Assembly: GCA_043228905.1 (NCBI GenBank)
Contig: JBHGNT010000013.1
Span: 15,314,001 to 15,378,000, forward strand
Reading direction: 5' to 3'
DNA from: Azolla caroliniana
Taxonomy: Eukaryota; Plantae; Polypodiophyta
Length of the DNA: 64,000 nucleotides
A model generated the notes under the pieces. It worked only from the letters and a program-made list of their open reading frames with translations, searched no databases and was not told the origin of the DNA. The first letter of the stretch is position 1. Each line of letters begins with the position of its first letter. This document shows, piece by piece, positions 48,912 to 60,700 of this stretch. The position numbers were made by a program, and so were the translations under genes.

Positions 48912-49945
48912 ATCTCACCATCTCGCCAATTACCACCAAAATCCTGTACTAACAACAACAAACGAGTCTAAAAAAATATTTCCTCACCTCCTCATGATAA
49001 TATGCTTCAACCCCCACACCATCATCACTCATCCTAATAAAAAAACAAAATGTCAGCTTCCTCAAGTCCACATCAACCATCTCGTTGTCGCCGATTATCA
49101 CCAAAATCTTGTGTAACCTCTACCTCTCCTCATGAAAATATGCTTCAACCCCCGCCAACATCATCCCTCATCCTTATCTAAACTAAAAATATGCTTCATT
49201 GTCTACATCAAACATCTCGAAGATTACCACCAAAATCATCTTACATCAATAGTCTCGCCATCTCGCCGCTTACCACCAAAATCCTGTATTTACAACAACA
49301 AATGAATCTTTTTTTTTTTTTCCTCAGCTCCTCATGATAATATGCTTCAACCCCCATACCATCATCACTCATCTTGATCAAAAAACAAAATTCAGCTTCC
49401 TCAAGTCCACATCAACCATCTCGTTGTCGCCGATTATCACCGAAATCTTGTACCTACAAAAACATGTGTACTCTCTACCTCTCCTCATGAAAATATGCTT
49501 CAACCCCACCAATATCATCACTCATCCTTATCTAAACTAAAAATGTGATTCGTTGTCTGCATCAACCATCTCGGAGATTACCGCTAAAAATCCTCTTACA
49601 TCAATAGTCTCGCCATCTCGCTGTTTACCACCAAAATCTTGTATTGACAACAATAAATGAGTCTAAAAAAACTTTTCCTCACCTCCTCATGTAATATGCT
49701 TCAACCCCCACACCATCATCACTCATCCTGATCAAAAAACAAAAAATCAGCTTCCTCAAGTCCACATCAACCATCTCGTTGTCGCTAATTATCACCAAAA
49801 TCTTGTACCTACAAAAACAACATGAGTGTATTGTCTACCTCTCCTCATGAAAATTTGCTTCAACCCCTACCAACATCATCACTCATCCTTATCGAAACTA
49901 AAAATATGCTTCATTGTCCACATCAACCATCTTAGAGATTACGGT
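48912..49945. repeat. Tandem repeat of about 350 bp x 3 with internal sub-repeats
   Basis: ccatctcgcc..ttaccaccaaaatcctgta... recurs near 48918, 49258 and 49613. Each unit holds two atgcttcaacccc...catcatcactcatcct sub-units. Confidence 0.9.
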
Positions 49946-50074
49946 AACCTCAAAAATCGTCTCCATTCCTATATACCGCAACCACCTCCTCCATCTTAAC
50001 TCATGTTCTTAGCTACGTCCACTTAACATCAGTGCATGCATCCAACATGATAGGAGATGACCAAACTTATTGAA

Positions 50075-51960
50075 TTCTCCTTCTTTTCGATTAGCTTACA
50101 ATTTTTTATGTACAATGATGTTTGTACAGTAATCATAAGACCAAAGTTAAGACCAAAGACAAAACTTTGTGGAAGGTGTTAGAATTTGTTGTTGCACACT
50201 ACCATGATTTACTAATATTCAAGAAAGGATCCATGGAAGTCGATAGTGCCATTGAGGCCCTTGAGTTGACTCTGTAAACATGGGCAACTTTTTCCATAAG
50301 TGAAGAAGCTTATTCCTTCTCTTATTCACAGTCTTTGGGGAACCATGCATATTGTCATATTGGCCACAGACTACTACTAAAAAGTTCTCCCATATCTCAA
50401 GCAAGACATTTGAGAGACGTTGATCTACCGCATCATAAAGTCGGTTGCATCGCCATTTCCATAATGCCCATAACGTTATCATAGTCACTGTTTTCCAAAC
50501 CTGGACAGATCGCACCTGCTTTCGCGGTTAGTGAAAGGGACTAACTAATATCAATCCTTTATAATGTACCATCATTGCCTCTTGAACATCGTCTACCTCA
50601 TACAACATCAAGTTCGAATGTAACACTCCCCACGTCGTTGATCCCCATGAAAATAGGCAGCAAACATTGATTGTTAAGAATAACGAAAGGACTTTATTCC
50701 ATACTTGTTGAGCCAAGGGATAGGACCAGAGGACATGCTTGGCAGTCTCCTGAGCTTCATGACAAAAGCCACATCACCGAAGATTGGGTATTCATTCCCT
50801 TTCAATGAATGACCAACTGGTAATGTCGTATGCACTTATTGCCATCTGAAGAGAATAAATTTAGTGAACCCCTTAAATGACCAAATTCATCTCTAGTAGG
50901 TTTTCAAATGCAAAGTTGAGACCCCCTAGGTGGTCCAATGTTTCTAAGTTGTTGGTATCATTGCATTCCAAGAGAGTAGTAATGATCTTCCAAGTTTGAC
51001 TAAGTATTGAAAGAAGGGAACCTTTATGATCTGTTCCCCTAAGGAATGTGACCAAAACCAACCCCTCGGATCCCATGTTAATCTTGCAACAAGGTCTCTC
51101 GCGTATAACCACAACATATCACACATATGAGCAATTGAGGGATAAGGATCAAGCATCCATTTCTTTCCAGTTTTAGCAACCACTCTGGTTGGTGCACTTT
51201 GCAAGTGTTGTAGATAATTTCAATCAAAGGTATAAGGTTGTAATCTATGGTTGTCAAGGACCTAAAAATAAGAAGCGCACCCGTTAGGTGCAACACCCTT
51301 AACAACCATCATTGTGTCATTTATGAAGCATCCAAACCACAAATGTTCTTGCCTAGGTTGGAAGGTTGTAGAAAACGAATAATATGTTGTTAATATGCTA
51401 GGAGTCATTATCTTAGCACCATGAATAGATTGTAAATGTGCAAGACGATCTTCTTGTGACATTTACTAAAATTGAGTCTAAGTTCTTACAAAAGCAGCAG
51501 GCCATTATCCAATTTACCCAGGCAAGGTGAGTTCTCATGTCCAACACTTTTCCTGCATTATCTCAAAATAGAGAATTGGCAAGAAGAGGTTGATTAAGTA
51601 ATGCATCCCACGTACGTCTTGTCCTTAAGCAAGAATGACTTAATCACATCCCATGCCCTTATGATTCCTAGCAAAAATCTATTGGATGCAAGATCCCGCC
51701 TTGGTGTTTGCACATCATTCACGAACAATCACTTTAAAGAGGGTGACCAAACTCCTCCCATCTTAGGAGTTAACTGCATCAACTGATTTAGAAATATTAC
51801 TTTCCAAGCTTTTGATCTTGGCAGCAATCCTCTAATCACAAACTTAGTCAAGAGGGCTCTTGACTACATCAAAGGATCTATCAGACCGAACCCTCTATTG
51901 CTTTTAGGTTGAATTAACACTTTCCAAGCAACTTTGGCTACTATTGGAGATCCCTGATTT
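50075..51960 (-). mobile_element. 5'-truncated, decayed LINE (L1-like) ORF2 with 3' UTR
   Basis: Zinc finger CGFCHEAQETAKHVLWS, then AQQVWNKV and WKTVTMITLWALWKWRC. Tail motif TAAGCTAATCGAA near 50090. Confidence 0.8.
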
Positions 51961-52251
51961 TGAAGAGTTTTATATTGGTTTATTATTTTCCTTTCTTTGC
52001 ATGCGTTCTTATTCCATTTGCAAGATTCTTCTAGTAGGCTTCTCTTTATGTATTATTATCTTAGTCGTCATTTTAAGTTTTCCGTGCATTGTTTGGGTTA
52101 TTGGGGGAGAAAACAAGCCAAATTGGTGTGGAAGAATGCCTTGCCTCGTAAGGACCTTGTATTTTATGGCAATGAGGTCTTCTATATGGGTGTATTCCTT
52201 CAACTAAGGAAAACTTCTTTGGCTAATGACAAGTAATGTGGACAAGAAATG

Positions 52252-52482
52252 TGTCTCTAGATCATGCAACTACTTTTGTTGTTGTCTATTTTATAGCTTG
52301 GAATGTGTCTATGGAATAGCTTGCAAATTAGTTGACTATTTTCCTCTACTTTGGAGTACATAGATTTGTTTCCTCAGCCATTGTCTTACACAATACGGGT
52401 TGGGAAAAAATCTTTTGTATATTCGAGCTGTTATGACTTTTTTTTAAGCTAATGGAAGAATATTTTGTTTTGGAAAAAAAAT
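52252..52482 (+). mobile_element. Short poly(A)-tailed retroposon (extreme 5'-truncated LINE or SINE-like), about 230 bp
   Basis: Perfect 16-bp TSD ATGTGGACAAGAAATG at 52236-52251 and 52483-52498. Ends TAAGCTAATGGAAG...TTTTGGAAAAAAAA. Confidence 0.85.
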
Positions 52483-53064
52483 ATGTGGACAAGAAATGAA
52501 ACCCATGTTCATTTACTCTTTGTTTCTTTAATCAACGTTTGCCACTTTTCTCTATGTTTGTCAACTTGTTACGACTTGTATGACTAGAATTTCTAATATT
52601 GATATGATTGTATTACGAAAACCATAAAATGGTCAAAAAATGGATTGACAAACAGGGGGAGTGATGGAGGTTGGAGGTTGCTTTAATTTCCATGTGGTTG
52701 ATATATCCTATTTTGAGGCTTCACATAGATATTCTGACTGTGACATGTAGATTCTTGATGTTACTTGGTGCCACTTTAATAAAGGTCTCTACGCACAATT
52801 GAGTTTCACAACTCATGAGCGTAGAAAATCCAATAGACTAGTCACTATACCTAAGCATCACAAAATAATAACAACATTTCATAATCAAGGTAATTGGAAA
52901 TTCTCTCAATTTATATTAGAATTTAGGAGGGGTTTTTCCTTTTTACATGAACAACAAAATCCATGTTATGATTGACAAATAATTATGCATAGGCACTTCT
53001 TAGTATATCTGGTGAGTGGACAAAGATTTATTGCTTGGTGTTATTGGTATCCAAAATATAAATC

Positions 53065-53660
53065 ATTTCATGTAATAAAGTAAAAGGTAACAACCGCAAA
53101 TGTCTACATGTACATAATAACCACATGAACACTTCTAGCTAAGTCTCTTTTGTCTCATTGCAAACCATATAATCCATTATCTCCTCAAGTTCTACGTCCT
53201 CGTTCTCTTCCATTTGAGAGGCGAATTTCTCGCACAATATCAGCTTACAAGTTTCACCATAGCTTTCTATGATGGTGGCATGTAGTTTCTAGAAGCAACC
53301 CCTACACATAACATCAGAAGATTGCTCTACTTTGATTCCTCATTAATCATAGGCCATGATTTCATGTAATAAAGTAAAAGGTAACAACCGCAAATGTCTA
53401 CATGTACATAATAACCGCATGAACACTTCTAGCTAGGTCTCTTTTGTCTCGTTGCAGACCATATAATCCATTATCTCCTCAAGTTCTACGTCCTCATTCT
53501 CTTCCATTTGAGTGACGAATTTCTCGTAGAATATCAACTTACAAGTTTCACTATAGCTTATTATTACTATGATGGTGGCATGTAGTTTCTAGAAGCAACC
53601 TCTACACATAACATCAGAAGATTGCTCTACTTTGGTTCCTCATTAATCATAGGCCATGAT
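53065..53660. repeat. Tandem duplication, about 294 bp x 2
   Basis: atttcatgtaataaagtaaaaggtaac...cattaatcataggccatgat starts at 53065 and 53359; highly similar copies. Confidence 0.95.
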
Positions 53661-55466
53661 CAATCAAAATCAAATTGACATGAGAGTCCAAACGATGAAC
53701 GACCATTCAAAGTCCACTAGAATATAAAGAAATTGTAGTAACATTTCAAACTCAAGCTACTTTGAAATTTGTCTTGGTTTATGTTCAATTTCCCCTATAA
53801 ACAATTTGTCAATTTTCATTTCAAGTACATGATTTAATATTTCACAATCAACAACATATTTATACCAGAAAATGAAATATACATATTGATGCGAAGTTTG
53901 GCAAACCACTCTCCATCCACCTCTTTAACAAGGAAAGCATATCCCCTTAGTGGCCCAAGACTTACTCACTAACAATGTTATTCATATCCTAATAAAAAAA
54001 CTTCATATTGCATCAATAGCTAATAACAAGTAATGTGTGCACTTTTGAGGCAACAATTGACCATTTCTCAAAACCAAGTATCTCTTGCTGAGTTCTTCCC
54101 AAATTATGCATTATACCCTCAAGTTTTGAGTTGTCATTATCTTCCCTTCGAGAAACGAGCTTCTCATCATATACCAAATCATGCATTCCAGCCATTGTAA
54201 GTGCGGAATCCTCACATGATAAATGGTTTTCAAAGTGGGATGGTTTCTTTCTTTCTTTATGTTTTGGGACTTACCAATGCCTCTTTTACTAGTATGATCC
54301 CTGAGAATGGTAGCTTGGGGCTATTAACAATTCCTAGACACCCTTTGGATATTAAGAGAGGCTTTTGTGACATAAATTTTCAAACTATTCTATGGTTGAG
54401 AGCTGCTCTGACTTTTTGGTGCATGATTGCTGAATTCACTCGCTAAATCTAACAATGATACAATCTCGCCCATGTTTTTTGGAGTGACATTGTGGCCCAT
54501 CAATAACACGATCCACTTCATTCAATGCAAAGGCATATGCTATTCATTATAAAGTTCATGGTCAGCACTTCTAATATGTGTGGCTAATAAGCTTGTTATC
54601 TCACCAGAACCATCACATTGAATCTCAAGGAATCTCACGTAATGACTCTAGGTAGTGTCTTGAAAAGATCTGAGAAATCTCATGAAGTAATTACGTAATC
54701 GGACCCCTTTACGGGGTTTAAACTTCAAGTCCGGCCTCGAAAAACCCTTAGTGTCAATTTAAGTCCCACAAGAACAAACATTGGAATGATGATTATAAAG
54801 CCTCCACTTATTAATTTGCTCCACACTATATATAATAACAATGCAGAATGAAAATGGGAACTAGTTTTTGATGTAAGAAAGGGATAAGAACACATTTTCT
54901 TCTTCTTCTATATTCAATCTCAAGGATTTATAATAACAATGAATAAATTGGACAGTATGCAGAGTGATGATGAATTCGTGAAACAGGACAGGAGCACAGC
55001 TATGTTGTGTAAAATGGATCCTACAAAGGAAGGGATCATGGAAGAAAGGGGAAGCATAGGATTGCCTGTGGCGGCCATGGATTTGACGGTGCAGGCCACG
55101 ATATATGATGGCCTCTGATCCATCCATTGCATACAGGGAATATACAATCATCTGATCGAATCCAACACATGAACCCTAAATCTTTGCTGTAACACCCTTT
55201 GAACGGAGAGACCTGTACCATAGCTATGGGTGGACTTTGCAGGTATGTACAGAGCTAATGCGGTGAGCTTCAAAGCACCAATTCTGAAAAGCATGAGAGA
55301 AGGAAAATGGCGGAGATATCAGCAACAACTGCGGCAAATCACCATCTCCAATTGTTTAAGATTGCTTCTTTTCTTTATTGTTTATCAATTTGAAGATCAT
55401 GTAGAGTATGGATATTTTTCTATGGATATTCCAGGATGCAGATGGAGTATGGTATTTGAAATGGAT

Positions 55467-57788
55467 TCAGAGGATATATGGTCGGCTTCTCTGACTAGAT
55501 GAAGAAGAAGGAAGCATAGCATTGGCTAATTCAACTGCAATGTTATTATGATTATGTTCTTCTAGTTTATAAGGGCGGAAATCGTCCATAAAAGGATTGA
55601 TTTTCACAGGTTGCTGCAGTGCCGTAACATCTTCATGAGTATGTGACCCAACATTCGAAGCATTTGGATATGGTGGCTCCACCACATTCCCTGGATGATC
55701 CAGCATGTTAGTGTATAAGTTGCTAAACAGTGTGAATGGAGGACGTTGATCCTGATCTGCGACCGAACACTGCACAGGCATATTATAAACAGGTGGCGTT
55801 GCGTTACTCTTCTTCATCATCTTTGCAGGAACATCTCGGAGAGTAGGCTCATATTGCACCTGTTGATGGAGATCAATTATAGGTCCTTCTGGCGATACAT
55901 TATTTTGCACAGGAATGTGTTGGTGATCCATAGCTGTGGATCTTGACATGGTGTCTAAACCAAAGCAAATTTCATGTGTTAATGGAGTGGTAGAAGGAAG
56001 TTTCCTACCTGTATTCCATGGTGGTGCTGCTACATCCTTGTGAAGAACATGACTGATAACTGGTAGCTGCTGCTGCTTCTTCTTCTTCTCCGAATCTTGG
56101 AGAGGTTGAACCTGTAGAGTATTAACACCTTCTGATAATACCTTCTGCGTAGGTAACGGATCCATCATAGCCGAATTTCTAGAAGGAATGGTGGAGAATC
56201 CATGATTCAAGCTGTATACTGTCGGTGCGGTATTAGGAGGCAACTTCCCTGAACCCGCACTGGCTACTCCTTTGCCACGTGATTGTGAAGGATCAGGCAC
56301 TTGTGTCCATGGCTTCGTGGCTGCGTCTTGAACAGCATTGGATGGAATCGCATCATTCTCTGCTGAAATTTTGACTTTGGAAGTGGAATAAGTACTGTTG
56401 GATCGATCCTTTGGTTGTACCGCCGGCACATGATGAGATTGATCTGAGATCGTCATCGCAGGACTTGTCTGGAACTGTCTCGAAGAAATTGCTGAGGATT
56501 TGTCTAGGACTACCTTACTTTCCAGGTGATCTAGTATTCCAAGATCATTCCGCAGAGAAGGGATCTCTTCATCAAAGATAGGGTCTCCTGTAAAACCAGG
56601 ACCTTCCATCTCTGCGCCATTCATGGTTTTATGATCAAATTCAACTAATTTATTGACGTTTCTGCCATGGCTGTCTCTGGTGATCTTCTGCAGATTTAAT
56701 GTCTTCTTCTCAAAATCAGGCATTCCTTTATTGTCCTCATTCAAATCTTGAATATCAGATTCAACTTCTATGTTGACACCGCCGTGGCTGCCGAGACTAG
56801 TGCCAGCGACCTGATTAATAACGTTCTCCTGAGGCGAAAATACTTTGTTTCCGTTCATCTTCTCCCCTTGAAGACCATATTTGAATGATTTGCTATCGCC
56901 TTTGGTAGCGTTGCCGTAGCTTCTTGCAGAAGCCCAAACTTCAAAAGCATTGGCGGATGTTTCCCGCAGTAAATGTAGATTACCATCTTCTTTGTCGGCA
57001 TTACCATAATCTGGGATCGCGAAATGAGACTGCTTTGCAGGTATAGCTGGAGCGATTTCTGCAGCAGCGGGACTCGGTCCTTGATTCAAAGCATCGCGTG
57101 GCTGCTGATGACTGCGTCCAAATTTGGCATCTGGAATAGAGTCAGACTGGCTCCTCCCGGCGTTCTTGGCAGGAAAAAGAAACAGACGAATTCGAGATGG
57201 AGAAACAGATGAAGATGAACTCGACGAGGAAGAAACCAATGGCGATGAAGTAGACGACGGAGAAGACCGATTCATCCCTGCAGAAGAAGGACGATTGATC
57301 TGATTATTAAGTTGCATCTTATCGAACTCTTCCATCATATTCTCCAGATCTTCATCGCAGGTGATAGAGATAAGGGCATCCAGATCCTCCGAAGGAAGTT
57401 GGTATTTCACAGAAATATGGCAGTGGTCATCTTTAAAGGCGACGCGGGAGAGCTTGGAGACGAAATCAGAGAAAGAGATGAAGCGAGGGACTACAATTAT
57501 TCGGCTTTCTCCGCCTGTGTAACCTAGCTGGTTGTTATGAGGGCGAGAAATAATGCGTCCGCCATAGCTACACAGAAGCTTAACTCGAGCCGAGTCCGTA
57601 CTAGCAGGGACCTGATGGTGACCGGAGTCACGGGATGGGGGTGAAGGATCGTCAGGATTGTCCACGCAACTCTGATCTAATGAAGGCGAAGGCGAGGAAG
57701 AGAGGAGGGGGTATTGATCTGTGGTCGATGAAGCGATTCGCTGGCCATGGCTGCTGATCATTGTTGCAGCATGTGCAGAGGGACGCAT
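55467..57788 (-). CDS. PB1 (octicosapeptide/Phox/Bem1p) domain protein, 773 aa, single coding exon
   Basis: Uninterrupted ORF with the plant PB1 signature VKLLCSYGGRI..RP....L.Y.GGESR...KYQLPSEDLDALISI..DEDLENMMEE...RIRLFLF, then a long low-complexity C-terminus. Confidence 0.93.
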   Translation of the reverse strand: MRPSAHAATMISSHGQRIASSTTDQYPLLSSSPSPSLDQSCVDNPDDPSPPSRDSGHHQVPASTDSARVKLLCSYGGRIISRPHNNQLGYTGGESRIIVVPRFISFSDFVSKLSRVAFKDDHCHISVKYQLPSEDLDALISITCDEDLENMMEEFDKMQLNNQINRPSSAGMNRSSPSSTSSPLVSSSSSSSSSVSPSRIRLFLFPAKNAGRSQSDSIPDAKFGRSHQQPRDALNQGPSPAAAEIAPAIPAKQSHFAIPDYGNADKEDGNLHLLRETSANAFEVWASARSYGNATKGDSKSFKYGLQGEKMNGNKVFSPQENVINQVAGTSLGSHGGVNIEVESDIQDLNEDNKGMPDFEKKTLNLQKITRDSHGRNVNKLVEFDHKTMNGAEMEGPGFTGDPIFDEEIPSLRNDLGILDHLESKVVLDKSSAISSRQFQTSPAMTISDQSHHVPAVQPKDRSNSTYSTSKVKISAENDAIPSNAVQDAATKPWTQVPDPSQSRGKGVASAGSGKLPPNTAPTVYSLNHGFSTIPSRNSAMMDPLPTQKVLSEGVNTLQVQPLQDSEKKKKQQQLPVISHVLHKDVAAPPWNTGRKLPSTTPLTHEICFGLDTMSRSTAMDHQHIPVQNNVSPEGPIIDLHQQVQYEPTLRDVPAKMMKKSNATPPVYNMPVQCSVADQDQRPPFTLFSNLYTNMLDHPGNVVEPPYPNASNVGSHTHEDVTALQQPVKINPFMDDFRPYKLEEHNHNNIAVELANAMLPSSSSSQRSRPYIL

Positions 57789-57979
57789 GACGAAGATGGA
57801 GATGGAGATGGAGATGGAGATGGAGAGATCGGGTGGATCTGTAAGCTATATGCAGAGAAAGAAGCTGTTCTCTCAAAGTAGATGAAAATGGTGATCAGAA
57901 GCGGGTGTAGTCCACCTGTCCCGCTGTCTCCCTGTCTGTTCTTCCCGCCGCCATCGCCGAGTACAAACACGCGAGGGAC

Positions 57980-58035
<56 letters not shown>

Positions 58036-58037
58036 CA

Positions 58038-58073
<36 letters not shown>

Positions 58074-58185
58074 CTCTGGGTGTTCAAATTTCTAGAGAGG
58101 GAAAGTTGGGGAAATTCTGGGCCTCCGCCACGCGGCGGCCGATGATTCGCTGTTCCCTTTCTTCGTGGCCAAGGCAAAAGCACAT

Positions 58186-58206
58186 GACACGTGGAGCCAC
58201 GTGGCT
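58186..58206. promoter_or_regulatory. Tandem G-box/ABRE pair upstream of the PB1 gene
   Basis: GACACGTGG followed by palindromic GCCACGTGGC, between two CT/GA microsatellites. Confidence 0.5.
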
Positions 58207-58235
58207 AGCACTCATTGGTACCCATTCCACTTCTT

Positions 58236-58284
<49 letters not shown>

Positions 58285-60175
58285 GGGCGGGTCTTCCTCT
58301 TCTCATGAGGAAGCTCTCCTCTTATCCCATTACTAGGAGTGGTAGCCTCCCTGTTCTTCCTAGACACCTTCCGGGCGGGCACCCAAATCACGATTCTCTT
58401 CTCTTTTCTGTGCTCTTTGTCCATCTGGCATTAAGCACTCGACAATACCATATGCTCGTGTCCACCTTTTTTTTGCCTAATGTTTGTGTAATGTTGTGTT
58501 GGCCGAAACAACTTTCCAACCTCAAAAGGGTTATAATAAAAAAAACGATTTTTGCCACCAACCACGAGAACATCATTGGAAGAGATGGACCCATTGTTTC
58601 TTACGACGACAACTTAAAATAAGACTTTGGATCTCTAAAGAGACAATTATGTACTCTGGAGCCTCTTGGTAAAGTCCTATTTCATAGATGAAAAAATAGA
58701 TGTGGCTTCTTATTAGATAATAACTAAATGTTTATGTAACGAACTGTTGTGGAACTATTACTTAAAAACTATGTAAGGATGTGTGGTGTTTCATCTCTTG
58801 CACTCTTTAAGAAGGTTAAAGAATATGTTCTTATGGCACTCTTTGGAATCATCTCTCAAGGAGAATATGACATTCTCAAATTGGAATCTAGCAAGACCTT
58901 AAGTTATCCATTGATGATATGCTCACATTTAATCATGCATGCTTAATAAATGCACTTAGTCCAAATGTCATTAGATGCCGAAAATAGAGAAACACAAGAC
59001 TATTACGCTCACATCAACCCCACATGCAAAAACATCAAGAAAATGATGAAACACACTCAATGACATGTTCTCAACCCCGTGCCATTTTACATGAGAAGGG
59101 AATTCATTCTGCTCCGCATTTGGTAGTCATTATCATGAAATTTAAATGAAGTTTGGGGAGCACTATCATGAGCAAATAATATCTAGAGGGTACGCCCTAA
59201 CAAGCATGTACATATATTAGAGATAGAGAAGAGAGAGGCTTCTAACTTTGGGACCCTTTCCATAACGTAAGAATTTAAGATATTGTGTAAATAGATTTTG
59301 TAAAAAAATGTACATTTCAAAAGTGTAGAACCAAATGCATTTTTGACAACTTCAATAGTCAAAGAACACTTAGGGAATCAAAGAAATCTCATGTCCAACT
59401 CGTCATTATGTCATGTTCATTGGTTGAACGATACTTTTTTTGTTGCTAGTTTTTACCCATTGTAAGAAACTTCCCTCTCTACGTATAAATTGTGGGTTGC
59501 TACAGAAGCTTCCAATTGGAATAAAATGGGCACAACTACACAACAATGAAAAGATATTGATTATCATGTACACTTATTTTCATCACATCGTGGATGTGGG
59601 TTACGCTTTGGAGGTAAGGAACAAGCTAACTTATTATAATTGTACAATAAATCATCAAAAGTAGTGGAAATCTATGTGGTTACTATGCAATGTTTATAGT
59701 TTATGGGTGACAAATTCATCCCTTATCACCACACTAAACAAAATATTGATTCCCTTCAACTCACTGGCATATGTTGCTACAAAGATTTATGTACTTGTTT
59801 CATTTTTTGTGAGAGTATGTATGTAGTAGGGGCAATGTAATGTACACACAACAAGGGGACATCATTGACTGAAAGTATAAGGGAATCGTAAAGTTTAAGT
59901 GGTACATTGGAAAGAGGGTATGGTTATAACTATAAGGTGAGATCATGTTAACATGTGGTGCAAGAATTCTTGTTGTACAATAATTGTATCATGGCAAACT
60001 GAATGAGGGGAAGCATAACTTTTAGAGCAAGTGACATTCACATGGGCAAGCATTTGAGGTTGGAACTCTTGACGAATGTTAGCTTAAAATACATAATAGT
60101 GGAATGAAGTACAGTAAGCATAGGGAACATTGGGCTTGCCTTGGTAAAGCAAATGGAGAATGTGTACACGACAAT

Positions 60176-60700
60176 CTTTCTTCAATTTCTAAAGTATGCA
60201 AATAATGCTCATATTTTGGAATCATTAGCTGTAATTTCGTTGTGGAATATTTTACTATTAAATCTTTATATTTGTTTGGATATTAACTACAAACCACATA
60301 TCAAAACATATTTAACTTATAAGCACACGCTAAGTAACGTGTCTTACAAAAGTACGATTAAGATGGTATCCACGACTAATATAGGAAACAATGGGCTTGT
60401 TTGGAAAAAAATAAAAGAAACAATGGGCTTGTCTTAGAAAAGGAAATGAATTATGTGCCCACAAGGATCTTTCTTTGATTTCTTAAATATGCATATAATG
60501 TTCATATTTTGGAATGAGTACATAGTTGTAATTTCGTTGTGGAATATTATTCTAATATTAATTACTTAAATTGTTTGGAATCAGAAATTACTTTGGATAC
60601 TACCTACAACCACATATTAAAACATATTAAACTAGTAAGCACACTCAAAAATCTGACTAATGCATCGTTCAGAGGTAAGATTAAGATGGTATCCACGACT
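60176..60700. repeat. Imperfect direct duplication, units of about 200-230 bp
   Basis: tttct..atttct.aa.tatgca.ataatg.tcatattttggaat...attaagatggtatccacgact at about 60176-60377 and 60471-60700. Confidence 0.75.

Noticed and set aside
52500-55466. Kinase exons that would make the PB1 gene a Raf-like PB1 kinase
   Set aside because: The ORF has its own stop, and no GxGxxG, HRD/HFD or DFG motifs were seen downstream.
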